DNA of 39,242 nucleotides from Basidiobolus meristosporus CBS 931.73 (Eukaryota > Fungi > Basidiobolomycota): contig MCFE01000752.1 in assembly GCA_002104905.1 (NCBI GenBank), positions 1 to 39,242 of the forward strand. Direction: 5' to 3'. Both the position numbers and the translations under genes were made by a program. Numbering within the stretch: the stretch's first letter is position 1; each line of letters begins with the position of its first letter. Positions 12,424 through 27,063 of the stretch are shown in pieces. Under the pieces are notes generated by a model that saw nothing but the letters and a program-made list of their open reading frames with translations, ran no database searches and had not been told where the DNA came from.

Positions 12424-13520
12424 AGCGTATCAATATTCCAACAAGCAGAAGCACGCTTTATTGAATATCTCATGATATTCGGTGTTTGATCGACTCTTCC
12501 CCACACCATTGATAGACTTTTCACCCCTGGTTCTTAATCTTGCTTACAACTCTGCTTAAATATGAGTTTATCAACGCTAGATTGTCCAAGTTGAAAATCC
12601 TACAAATATGATCGCAGTTGGATATTAATCCGAGGATTGCCTCAACGCAATTGGAGATATTTCGGGATCTTGATATCAAGATATAAACACTCCTGAATCA
12701 TACCCCAGCCACTAATATTGAATTCAAGGAAATGTTGCTGGGTTCAGCTTATAAGCCCCAAGATGTGCAATGTACCTTTTGAGAATTATTATGTCCCTTT
12801 CAGACACATACGTGAAAACAGCTGTATTAGGTGGTTATAGAGTAAGATGCAATGATAGAATTGCTAAAATTGGAATGAGTTTCTCCACAAAATTCTCTTG
12901 AAGACATTATGCAACAAAGAATACCTTTATTCGTTGAATTGTGGGCTGCTTGAATACATTTCTACACCCCGCACCCTCCTTGCGCAAGCACTACGACCCT
13001 CGAGGTTCAGGTGAGCAAGAGTTTGCTGAGTACTGGTAGACAACAATGAGCATTGGGGTGTTCTTTTTCATTCCAGGTGTTACATATATACTATAGCATC
13101 CATTGCTATAATGGAAACACGATATGATGCCAGTTGTGGGACAAAAGTAGCAAGTTATCAACTGCAAAGTCTGCGACACAAGGAAACTATCTAGATTGAA
13201 AGCTAGCCAATCAAAGAGACAAATAGCTCATTCATCTCAATAGGGGCCGTATTCCAAACAATATGGGAATATATCAAATATCAAGAGGAATTGAATTCAA
13301 AATCGGCCCTCTGAAATTTCTAGAAAAATATAGGGAAATGATCAAATGATAAGCTAGATTTAAGGTAAGTAACTTGTTCACATAAGTTACATCCACAACA
13401 TTTGGGACTCCAAGGTCTTTTCTCTCAAGAATTTTATTCGTGCTGCGAAAAACCCATTTATCATATTTTAGAACACGTTAGCATATACTCGACTGACATC
13501 TTTGTTGTTTCCCATTTGCC

Positions 13521-13784
13521 ATGGAGTGCCTCAAGTGGTTTATTCCACTGTTTCTTCTTCCGCAACCTAGCGCTTCGCCATACTTTATATATTTATTTTT
13601 GTTTTCTTATATCCTACACAGTAAGCCTTGTGTCTATTGTACGATTCTATTAGTAGCATTACTAGGCTCTACTTGCTACTGGGGGACCGATCATTGTTGG
13701 GTTGACACAAACCACATGGATATTTTCTCGCCTCGAAACATTTCGCTATTAACCCCACTCCCGCTTCAAGAAGAGCAGATATAA
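13521..13784 (+). CDS. BC10/BLCAP (bladder cancer-associated protein) family small membrane protein
   Basis: MECLKWFIPLFLLPQP...FLFSYILHSKPCVYCTILL..STCYW matches the BLCAP pattern MxCLxWxxPxxLxP...KPCxxC. Intronless, 87 aa. Confidence 0.8.
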   Translation: MECLKWFIPLFLLPQPSASPYFIYLFLFSYILHSKPCVYCTILLVALLGSTCYWGTDHCWVDTNHMDIFSPRNISLLTPLPLQEEQI

Positions 13785-15523
13785 TGCAAGAAATCCATCT
13801 TACGATACCTCTCTTTTTGACCTTCCCCCGCCAAGCTAGAGATCATAGTGTTTTCCCGCGATAAAGCCCTCTTCGAGCTACACAAATTTGTCAAGGAGCC
13901 AGACAGCCGAATCCTTCCGCAGCTTGCAAACCGATTTTTTCCCTCTATGAAAAGGATTCGTCTGTCTGGTGCCTTGAAAATAAGTTTTGTATTATTGCGC
14001 TTTAGTATTCGTACTTGTCGCGAATCTGAAGTTTTCTTCACTGACATCATCTGCCATTTTGGTTGAGTTTGTTGACTTCATATAAAGGTTAATATAATTC
14101 TACGCCGACGTCTACTAGTACCTAATTTTCATCTGTAGTATTTGACGACTACTTTAAATGACCGGCAGAGTAGCCCATGCACAGAAATATCCTTTGAATT
14201 AACTAATGATGGGCTGGCTACCTTGAATTCCCATACTCAAGGTACAAGGTTCTCTTGTCAAATACGTTGCCAGAGAGGAGCAACTACAAAAAAGGAACAT
14301 TCACAAAATCGTAATAGTCTGCTGTGGAAAATTGGGATGGTATTAGCAAAAGCCATATCCAACCAGGAGGTCAATCCCAGTAGCAAATGTATTCGAGCTC
14401 ACCAATTGATCATTCGTTGTCTGATCTATCATGTAAAGTTTAGTAGTCCATGAAAGGATAATTAATGATAGATATTGAGAGCACCGTATTTTTTAGCCAT
14501 GCTACTGTGGACCTAGTTCCATCAAGATGTTTGGGTACTGTTATTGTTGTTTTGAAGTAATCCAAAAGGAACCAGTGATATTTCGTGGGGTCTTAGGGAA
14601 GTCCATACACTAGCGATTTTCAAGCAAATAATGGTTCTCCAAGATTGTCTAATGTCCAATGGCCATTGGCCGAGAAACGAAGTGATCAATGGGTTACTGG
14701 AGACCAGAAACATCTTGGAATGCGGTTGGTATTGGCAAATTGGTCGCGTATTGTCTCATACCCTGTGGATGTGAAGTCGTTGAATGTCTCAAAAGAAGGC
14801 CACTGGCTTGACAAATCATGCTTCCCAAACTACTGAATTTATGCATCAAATATCTTCTATCGAAGAATCTGTGAATATGAAATTCACACCCCCTGAGTAC
14901 AAGTTCAAAGAATAATAGGATTCTTCAAGCTGGCCAACAGTAATGATATCAAACTCGATGGACTGAGCTATTTTGAACCCAGAGGCTAATGGCCAATCAG
15001 GTCAATTTTTTCAGTGACACTTGCAAATTGCAAACTTGGTTAGCATTTATTTCATTGTGGTCCGGAGGTCTGCCACGTTGAGTCATGACCATGTGAGCAC
15101 TACTTCTAATTATAGCATGTTGAAAATCGCCCATATCGGAGTTGGTTTAAGTATGGCAACGTGGATTTTGTATACTGTTCTTATGCTTCACCAAAGACTT
15201 AATATTACTTTGTTGGATCCAATATTTACAAAATCGATCAAGAACGATACAACCACACTATAATTCAGACTGTCATATGCATGTTGCGTTAGCTGCTAAC
15301 GAAACTGCAACATGTTATTAGCTCAGGAATACAAATCATTTATTTCATGGGTTTCTCATATAGAGGCAGGAAAAAAATGGTACCAACGGATCGTTCGGGT
15401 TAGTCCACAGGAAAGTTACAAGGTAGTCGGTAGTTGGTAGTCTAATTAAGTGCTTTATGAATGTTGTCATTGAGGTGGTTATGTAAGCGGGCTTGAAGTC
15501 AAAGCTTCATGTTTACTCGGCGA

Positions 15524-17118
15524 TTAAAGTCCACTCTTCTTGCGTAGTTTTTCTCCCTTAAACTTAACCCACAGCATTGCTGTGATAATAGCCAAGTTCA
15601 GTACTGCAAGTAAGACGGAGAGATATCTGACGCCAATACGTTGAATCAGTGGCTCGGCTGTGATTGATAAGATGGCTGCTATGGTCATCCTAACAAAATT
15701 CGCAGCTGCTGATGCGCTGGCGCCACGACCGGGCACAGCATCAACCAAGTAGGTTGTTGCTGATGTTGATATTTGCATTAAGCCAAAGCAGAGAATACCA
15801 AATCCGATAATCGGTGCTACTATATATACGCCATAGTATACAGTCCATCCGAAGATTAGTGCGCCCCCGGGTACTATCAAATACCCGCTGAGCCACATGT
15901 GTGGTGCTAAGCGATCTTCAGGAATATTGGTTCCACCACGACGTTTGCTTGCTTGTCGCATGAAATAGTCAGAGAGTACACCGCCAACACAACTTCCCAA
16001 TATGTTGCCGCAACCGGCACCGAGATACGTAATCCCTGTTTGCGCAGAGGATAACCCATAGACATGTGAAAACAGCTCAGGCAAGATAGTTTCTATCGTA
16101 AACATTGTGCCAAAGGATATACCTGTCTCGATAGACACAATAACAAGAAACCAGTGCTTTAGGAGAGCAAGCGAGGCAAATGGGTTCATTCGCTTGGTAG
16201 TAGTTCGAGTATTGCGTGATACATGGTTAGGAATCTTGATTTTCACGGTCTCATGTATATCCTGGGCTTCCGACGCAATAGTATTTGTGCCCTTTTGCTG
16301 TAAGTTACTACTGTCCGAAGGCAATTCTAACCATTCGTCTTCTCTCCTGTATGTCTCTGGCAGAGCAAAGAACATGATAAAGAAGATAAAGACTCCAAAT
16401 GCGCCGCAGAAATAGAATGTGGATCTCCAACCAAATCTAGACGTTAAAAAGCCTCCGATGGTGGGTCCCTAATACGGAACATCGTTAGTCAACTGTCTAG
16501 AATTAAATAAGAAGCAATCAAGGTACTCACGATCAAGGGGCCTATGTATTGGCCTAAGAATAGCAAACCCATAGACATGCCTCTCTCATGTATGCCAAAG
16601 CAATCCGCAATTGTCCCTGGGCTCAAGCTATAAAGAGAACTGGATCCACATGACTGGATACAGCGGAGTATAATCAAGAGGGTGGTGCTGTTGACGAAAG
16701 CTGCGCCAATAGTGGCGCCAATGAATATCAGGACAGACACCAAGTAGAGTACTCTTCGTATACCATAGTGATCGGATAGACTGGCCCAGAAAACGGGTGC
16801 GATACCCATGAACAAAATAAACAATGATACAGTAGCATTAACGGCTATACTCGATGCATTCAAGTCTCTGCTAATGGCTGGAAGCGCAGGGAAATAAATG
16901 GTAGAAGCCAAAGGCGCCAGCATTCCACCAATTCCTAGTTGTGCCACGATAAGTGTCTTGCTTGTTTTTGAGAATGTACGAGGGTCCTTTTCAATTACGG
17001 GATTGGGCGTAAGTTGACGTTTAAAGTAGGCAACGATTTTTTCTCCCATGGTGTTATTGTGGGAGCTTTTCTCAACGGTTACTTCGGGGGTAGCTTGTGT
17101 ATGACTTGGATTATTCAT
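15524..17118 (-). CDS. MFS transporter, DHA1-type multidrug/Qdr-Dtr1-like
   Basis: STIYFPALP, PVFWASLSDHYGIRR, LRCIQSCG, GTIADCF..HERG, GPLI|GPTIGG...GWRSTF, LPETY, GGVLSD, PEDRL, YLVDA. Intron 16530-16469 (62 nt) joins the two ORFs in frame. Start taken at MNNPSH (17118). Confidence 0.9.
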
Positions 17119-19933
17119 AGTTAGGTTTTTTAAGGTTGGGTTACTTGTTTTTAGTTGTTTAGATATAGCCTGAAGGACTAAGTCGGCTATGAATGCAGGA
17201 GTATAGGTCAATGCTGATATATGGGTTATGGAGATCAATGCTTGCAGAGTGGCACTCTATTTATGTAGATCGAAGACGACCATTCTAATCTTAGAGAAGG
17301 GTACAATCATTTAGGATTTCAACCCTTTCCATCAATATCATAGAATTAGATGTGTTGGCGAGTATTTGGGGGTTTTCCGATCGGTAAACCATTGGGTATG
17401 TAGCCCTAACCTTAAGAAAGGTTCTATGGTAAGAAATGGCAGGAGGTTCTGTAGTTACAATATGTGGTTTTGTCATGCCTATCATTCGTGGTTCCCAGAG
17501 AAACCTTATGCGTAAGCGTTCATTGATGGGTAATTTTGATAGACGTCAAACCGATTCAATGATAAGGTTGGCTCTAATGCAGAGCGCACGAATACCACAC
17601 GCCTCACTATGTGCATATAAAACTGAATATCTCGCAAATCAGACTGGTTTTCCTCGCTAATCATGGAAGTTCTAATTGTGGATAATCCCCAATACCATTA
17701 ACTTAGCATATCTGATGAACAAACAGCCACAGCTCAAGTTGTGAATATTCCGAATATTCAGGGGATTGGTTCCCTATAGCGGTTGCATGAAGCGCCAAGA
17801 TGTAAGTTAGGATTGGCCCGGGAGGGTTTAAGCCGCACCGAAGTGACCATTTGTTAAGTGAAAAATATTAATGTAATTCAGCAATGCTATAGCCTTCTAA
17901 CGTGGTTTGTGCTTGGCAGTGACTCAGAAGAGTCTATTCCGCCCAGAACATCTATTCATTCAGTAATGGGGAAACATAACCACTCCCAGTGCTAAGTGGG
18001 ACAGGTGAAAAGCCATCTGAGCGTCATGAAATCATCCCATACGATGTTATTCAAGATGCACAACGTTTCCCAAAATAGCTATACAACTGAGGTGTATGTT
18101 CTACGGATCAAACCCAAAGCCCATGAGTTGGTAGTATGTGGATCAATATTTTGAGAAGATCAATGCTGACAAAACAGGCCTACACAGCCGCTGATGAAGT
18201 AGGGATGCGATTGAAGTACTAGATACGCTGTCCAGGTTGGATGATTCATTTCCAGCAGGTGATCTAGATATGGGGGTGGCACTCCCTTGAGCTCTGATGG
18301 GCTAAAGCCCTCTATGCGAACAGGGGAGAGCTCACTTCGTTCAACATCAAATTGTGGGTGGGTTGCTTAGGAGAACATTTGGCCATCTTAAGGCTTTATC
18401 AGCTACGCAATAGCCCAGATAACCCAGAACCTCCTCTCACGACTCTGGCAGAACTACGAGCACAGATGATCTAATCACCTTCAATATTTTTCATGTAGCC
18501 ATAAATGGGCCGCACCACAAGAGTAAGGCTAAATGTACCCTCATAAATACCTGCGCACCCGATAACAGGTATGTGTCCACTTAGGAGAGGCTTCGCTCAT
18601 TGTTGATAATCCACCATTGGCTGATAGTTCGAATCGAGGATGAAACTTGGCCTAATCATCAGATGTGTTAGATGTACGTCTATGGCAACAGTATTGACAT
18701 AAACCATTCAGATCCGCCATAAATGGTCTCTATGGTTAGCTGTTCTGAAGCAATGCCCACTTTTACCAGTAGATGCAATTGTTGCCTACGTGTATACAGA
18801 GCAGTACTATATTCACCTTGGACGCACTGGATCTCTTTTTCATATGGTAGAGTGTTGATGGCCGGTGGGAGTTGATTTGTCATAGTAAATCCCCCATCCC
18901 TGGTAGACCGACATGCCTGCAAAGCGCGCTACAGATCCCGTACGATTCCTGTTTGTGGGCAAAGCTAAGCTCTCCACCCAAGAAACCTTGATTGATATGC
19001 CACTGCTGAAGCCATAGGATAGAAGGGCAGATATGCATCTATCGAGCAACATCCTCGTTCTGGTAGATCAGATAAATGATGCTTTTGTGTTGTTTGTTAG
19101 GGCTCGTGTAATGCCACCATAAGTTTTACTTCTCTGAGTCCTGTCAATAACTTTTTCCTATTTGGGCTGGCCCATCAGTCAACCGTAAACCAAATTAAGC
19201 TTCTGATTGTCGCCTGGGTATTTGGCACTGGAAGTTAGGAAGTGTGGGTGTGACGCATGAGCATTTGCTTGAAATGATGTCATTTGCCTGTCATTGTAGC
19301 AAGGTGCCCTATGCGCTTGACAGAAAAGTGGATTCTAACGCTCTCGCGTGGCAGCCAACTTACTAGTTACACATATGGAGTGTTAGGTTGCTTACTCATA
19401 ACTCTGTGCGGGGATCATCGGGCTGTATTACAACCTCATCAGTTTTTCACTTCTACTCCTTTCAACGGCAAAAATACTTGAGAATAGTGGGACACCTTGC
19501 CAAACAATAGCCAGAGGCTCTCATTTTAGAAACCACTGTACAAACTGTCTTACGTAATGATTGGTTCAGATATTGTTTCTCTTGAGCGTATAAGATTGTG
19601 GAAAATGGATTGCCAATGCCCCGTCTGAATGTCTATGATGTCTTTTGTTTCAATTACAACGATTTACTTTTGATTTAATTTCAAGGTAAACATGTGCTAT
19701 AGGACGTGAGGATGGTGAGCGTAAATATGTATGGTACAGTTGACTTTTGGGGTCTCAAATAATAAATACAGGCCAAAGGGATACTCCTCGATGTGTAGCG
19801 TTAAGGTTGTGCAAAGGTTCACGTCGCCGTAAAGAAATTCGGGACACACAATTAGCTTCAAAAAGACGATCAAAATCTCGACCTTGGCAATGTCCTATTA
19901 GCATTATATTTCGGTCCTTGATTTTGGTGGGTT

Positions 19934-21073
<1,140 letters not shown>

Positions 21074-24000
21074 GGTTGAAGTGTAATAATTTGGCCTAAG
21101 TATGATGAGCTGAATATTTTGGTCGAGGGAATCTAAAGATATTAAATTTCTCAGGTTTTTTGAAATACGGCAGACAAAGACCAGGGATCACTGAAATTGT
21201 TATATAAGTCAATAATGGTTGATGGAGTGGCATGGAGTTCATGGTCTATTATATACGAGAGTCACTGACAAATAGACTGATTTTAATGGCGCGCCTCAAC
21301 TTGTGTGGAAAAGCATTTGCTGACTGGGTATCCCAAGGGAAATGAGTTATCGAGGAATTAGCAAACTGCTGATACCTAGTTTCAAATGAAAAATTACCCT
21401 CACTGGCTATCATGGATGCTTTCTTGTAATAGAATTGATATTGGATCCAGTTTACAAATTCACGGATGTTCCTGATAAAAACCCATTCAGTTGATTTGGA
21501 ATGGGCTTGAAAAGAAATTATTAAGACTCAATGAAATGACTGACGGCTAGTACAGATCGAATATGTACGTCTTGAGGCGAAACGCATCTTGCTATGAAAG
21601 GGTCCATCTTCGAGATTTATCTATGCATTCCTGCAACCAGATCGAGACGGAATGATTGGTGGGCTCGTCTCACTTAAGGCCACTATTAGGGAAAGGATTC
21701 AGCTGAGTGTAGTCGTTGTTGCCTCTCCAAAACGACTGAATATTCCGGAGAAATTCTGTAGCAACATTACCACCGGCGGCACCCAAGTCTTATTAGTACC
21801 AATATCAGCTCGGGTTGAATCGCCATCAATAAGTACGTAGATGATACATCTTCACCAACATGCGTTTGTGATATAGCGATACGCTACCCCATTCCACCAT
21901 CCATCATTAGCAGGGAGCGCCGCCAAATTTGCCCCTGGATATAATTAATCTCAAAGCAGCACGGCATTCAATTGAGGCGTAGATTCTCACTACCTGCACG
22001 CGCCATATGGACAAGGAGCGCTTTTTGGCGAGAAAGTGATACTCCGAATAAAATTATCATATCGCAACAACAGTACGTATCTTATTTTCGTGAGCATCGT
22101 TAACAAGACCATAAGGCCGACACGAATCCACGTATATCGCGGGTTGATCCAAGATAGGGTTGTTACCAACTGGGGTAAGAAAATCCTAGCGTATAAAACG
22201 CTGCATGAAAGTCCATTACGTTCCATACTCATGGAACAAATTACCGCACTAACTCATCGAGGCAATGCAAAGTTATGACTGTTGTTCGGCCAAGACCTAC
22301 CGTATAGTTCACGACTTCATGCTCTAGTCCGACAACGGCTGGCTATTGGCAGGTTCTAGGTTAAAGTAAATTTGCTTGATCCATGGAAATATTTATAATG
22401 CGGAATATTTTTGGGGAATCTTGGCGTTTCTGTCGAAAACTACATCGCTAATCAAGTCAGTGAGACCAATTTTAATTTAATAGTATTGATCACCAAATGT
22501 GTCATAGTCTCACATAAACTCACTGGGTAGTCAACAGACATTCATTGCAGCAATCCTCCATGTCAAGAGTATATGGGGACTGTGGTCTGGGAGAGTGCAC
22601 GCCACACCATAACCCTGTGAAAGTAATTACAAAGCTGCCAATATCGAACATAACACTGGCACTAAGAAACTAATGATCGGGTTAGTCGTTTCAGACATTA
22701 TAGCAACCAAACTGAATCGACCTGTTATTTTTGAGAGCATCATTCTTGGGACCTGTACCGTCTCCCAGGTGTTACTCGATTTGATTACCCTGCGCTAACA
22801 GCACCTTTGTGTCAGTATAATTTGGAGCTGCGAAGGCAGATCATAGAGACTATAATGTGGAAACAGCAGAAATAAAACGTTGGCTTTGCTTTTCTATGCA
22901 TGAAGTGCAGTACAAATGCCAAGATACATTATGCAAAATATATTTCTAGAGGTGGCCGCCGATGATCCACTGTTATCACCTTTCGGGCGAGTCAATGGGT
23001 GATGTTTAGGTATAGGAGGGGTATGCACTGATTGATCAGGTATAAGGGTGCAAACCTACCACTCTAGTTTGAAGTATTGTCTCATAACGGAGTTGTTCCA
23101 GCTCCCTTAACTGCAAAGTTACCTATTGGTATCATTTGAAGCGAGTTGGTGATGCGCCCTTGTTTCTCTCCAACATACAAGTTCGAATCAGCTCACACTT
23201 CCCACCCCCTTGTTTATTCCATCACAGGGCATTCAAGACAGGGCTCACCAACATGCTTTGCATCAAATGATATCAAGCAATCCTAAACTAATGGGTATAC
23301 TTTGCGTCTATATATCTACTCCCACTGCCGTTACATATGGAAGAGCTTGAATTCACGCGGCCTTACAGGTCAGGATGTCTGTGTGTACTAGTTGATATGG
23401 ATTCGGATATCAGGTGTTTTTATTAATTACTTGATGATCTATCATTGGATTCTCTGGCTAAATGCAAATTATGATCAAGAATAATTAGCATACATTCTGA
23501 TCTCGTACGATATGATGGCAATCACCCCTAGTAGAGAATCGTTGGCGTGCCATCCCCTATCTTCCCAGTATCGTGCTCAATAGCAAACTGATATCAATGA
23601 GATGATGAGATCTCCAATATCCTATTCCAATACGTTAGCGCTATCAGTGGTCTCTCTATGACCTAGCTTCCCGCATTAGTAAATTCAAAGAATCCATTTC
23701 ATTAGGTCAGCACCAGTCTTTGGTTAGTTCGAAGATCTAGAACATATTGGACAGTTGCATATGATGAGACCATTGCCAGTATCTTGTGTACTATTACACC
23801 ATATATACGCTTTTTGGGCAGTAAATGCGCGAACCTGATGTAAATGCGCTCTCTATGGTAAGAGATAGATTTTAAGATTGGATCCACAATTTCAGCAGTG
23901 ACCAGTTTCACTGATGAGAATTGAATCCTCAATTCCAAACCAGACGGTATCATGCACCCCACACTTGCTTTGGCACGTGAACAAGATCGTTTACCTCATC

Positions 24001-24833
24001 AGATTAGCAAGAGCTCTGCTGACTGTGGAAACCTTAATGTTTACGCCCCAACATGCCAACATAATGATTGTGGTCGTGGCCAATGAGCCTTTGCGACTCA
24101 CTTCTCATACACCGTATCGAAGAGCAGACTCCTGAAAGCTGAGATGGTGACATGTTGGCTTCAGCTCTAGCGGTTACCCAAACGTACGTCGCTAATCTGC
24201 AGGATTATTAATGATGCAAACCTGCATCGGTTAAAAAGGAAGCCCAATTGGTACCCTTATGGCATGTTACTTCTATGAGCCTAGTTAGGTGGATCCATTG
24301 ACTTTATATGTCTAAATAAAGACCAGCATTATCCCAAATGTCAATATCCAACTGCAATTTTTGGCTGTATCATTACAAAATTGCTTAAATTTACATGAAT
24401 AGACATAAGTGACAAAAAAAGGAGCAGGAAAGCCCAATCACCTCTGTTCCATCGCTTCTACACTACTTGATGGGTGGGCTTTCAAGAACTATCATGTATT
24501 AAATAACACATCCTCCTCCTCACTAGAGAACCGGTTTTGCGGTCTTTATCACATCAGACCTGCACTTGAGCACATCCTACTCCACACTATAAATACTATC
24601 CCCCAGTCGCCAAATTCAGTAGCATTCCTAATTCCATCATCCAGCTGGTCCAATTTTTGCCTTAATTATTCATAGAGCAATCCTTTGTTCATATTTCCTT
24701 TAACACGGACACGTCCAATTTCACTCCAGTAATACAGCACGAAAAAGCAGAATTCATTTGTGCTCGACACAAAGTACGATTGGTAGCTACCTACTGACCT
24801 CACTATATCTCGTCTCCGCAGCATTTGCATACT

Positions 24834-25178
24834 ATGCCTCCGTCAACAAATCCTTCGCAGCCAACCAAGCTACAAATACGATCAAGTGGTATGGCGGCCC
24901 GTGCCACAAAGTTCGGCAAAAATCGAGTGGGAGCAATCACTAGTGACATAACTGAAGACCCCTCACAAGAGATCAAGGAGTACGACTCGTTAGCTGAAGA
25001 GCTTTCTCGTGAGCGGATACCTGTCTCGCAAGCTAGTTGCTCGCTAATCAACTATGCAGTAACGAAACGAGATCTCTTAATTCCGAGCACAGCGATGGAC
25101 CGGGCCATCAAGCGTAGCAGTAGATATAATATTGAACCCACCCAAAGTCCACCCCCATGCTTGTGCCAAATTATGTGA
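24834..25178 (+). CDS. Heterotrimeric G-protein gamma subunit (GGL domain, CAAX)
   Basis: LAEELSRERIPVSQASCSLINYAVTKRDLLIPS is the GGL core; ends CLCQIM (CaaX plus upstream Cys). Confidence 0.8.
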   Translation: MPPSTNPSQPTKLQIRSSGMAARATKFGKNRVGAITSDITEDPSQEIKEYDSLAEELSRERIPVSQASCSLINYAVTKRDLLIPSTAMDRAIKRSSRYNIEPTQSPPPCLCQIM

Positions 25179-27063
25179 TAACGAATTCGCTCATAAGTTA
25201 ATATTGATTAGCATCTTAACATTATTGAGGTTGATTTCCCTTAGACTTGTTGCTGGCAGAGAAATATGTAATAAATACAATGCCTTTGAAACATACAATT
25301 CCTTGATTCTCTCTGCCACGATGATGGATTAATAGGGATTTTTTGTTTGTTAGACTCAGCCACCAAATCAGTAAATGATATCATTCTTCCTTGATGAGAA
25401 GAAACATGCAACTTCTTACACCATTCAACTACGCCCCCACTGTTTTTGAAGGGATTTACAGAAGGTAGTATTCCTCAGATAAACATATAGGACTTGCTAC
25501 GTAAAGGAGAATACGTTTATAATCTTGCTTTAATATCTATGGAAAATTCTCTCGGCTACGTTACACTGCAAAACAGCATTCAAGGTAGAAAAATTGCAGA
25601 TAAAACTGAAAGCCTTATTGCACATCCCCTTCATCACACCTTAAGTGCTGTCGAGGGTAAGAATGGTAGATAAAGAATAGTATATAATTTATACAACTGA
25701 ATGGGAGTACCCACAAATCTGGTGGTTTAGAGATCATCCCTCCACTGGGTGAACGTAATTCAGATAGTCTACCACCTTTGTGGCATTAGAATTAAGAGTG
25801 CCATTATAGTGTAACATCAATTGTTACAAGACATCCCAAAAACCGTATTGGAGTACTACACGTTTGAAATAATAGCCCAGCAATCCATGAGCTCGAGCAC
25901 GAAAGTCTGCACCAACTGGAGCTTTACATTGGATGCGCTAACAAATATAGAAGACCTGGTAAACGGAAACACGAGATTATAGAGCCCATATATGCTAAAA
26001 GAATGAGCGGTTTGGAAGCCTGCTGAAGTAACCAGATCACAAGTACGGAAAAATTCTCCATGGAAAAAAGGAATCATCAATGACCTGTTGCTGTGATGGA
26101 CATATTACTGGTCGAAATGATATGGATAAATTGGACTAACCAACAAAATCAGTCTTAATTTCTCCACTTTCCGATAAATAAAAACTGCGCCATTCTGTAC
26201 AGAACACGGTCTACAACACTAACCATATTTCCCCAAGATAATCCGAATGATATCAGACACCAGACTAATTTATTATCAGTTAGAATATATCGCTTTAAAC
26301 ATGCTGATGTTTAATATACGTATTTACGAGTGGCCACACCTGATTTGCTCTTCACTGAATGATAACGGCGCCATATGAAAGCTTAAAATGGTCGAGGTTC
26401 GGTGTGAATATGGAGTGTCCCATATGCGATTCAACGGTCCTATAATGGCGCTGCTTATGTAGTACTCTAGGTTTGCATCTCAAATAATAAGTAGTCAACG
26501 GGTTGTGGATCCGTTGTCCCCAGTTCTCATGGCCATTTTGCGTCATACATGAGTAAGGATTTAAGCTTAAAAATACATTGAACCAGCCAATTTAAGGTTA
26601 CACATTGCGAGTCCTTATATCGAGGCAATTAACCGTCATTGGAGAGTTCGGTATTTCGCTTACCAAGAAGGCTCCATGCTGAGTTGTTTTTGTTTGCTCT
26701 TTATTGCCAGGTCCACATATGACCCCATATCTGTATGTTATATTTATAGATTCCTGATTACTACTTTAAATGGACATATTGGGGTAATACTTGTGGATGT
26801 TCAGTACGCCAAATGCAACAGCTCTGAGGCAGATCAAGACTCCAGGTTGGCTTTGTGGCATGAGGCTTCAGTTCCCATTCTATAACAGATCACATATTTA
26901 GCAAGGATGAAAAAAGGGCATCAATTGGGTCTAGTTCATCTATATGATAATTCAATCAGGGATGCTTGTGGCGAAGAACGCTAATTTGATTTTATAATCC
27001 CAGGATATAAGTAGAGGCTAACAGAACATCTGAATTGCAGATTTGTTTTCTCCAATATTTGAG

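Noticed and set aside
13766-14050. 94-aa minus ORF with GKNRF..GRI (DHHC N-terminus-like) or P-loop-like look
   Set aside because: No downstream DHHC or Walker motifs; overlaps the BC10 3' region on the opposite strand.
14187-14240. ATATCCTTT, a U12-type AT-AC donor look-alike
   Set aside because: No convincing CCTTAAC branch site or flanking coding exons; similar 8-mers also occur inside exons here by chance.
21600-24300. Scattered protein-like fragments with stops
   Set aside because: No family recognisable by eye; may be decayed genes but cannot be supported.
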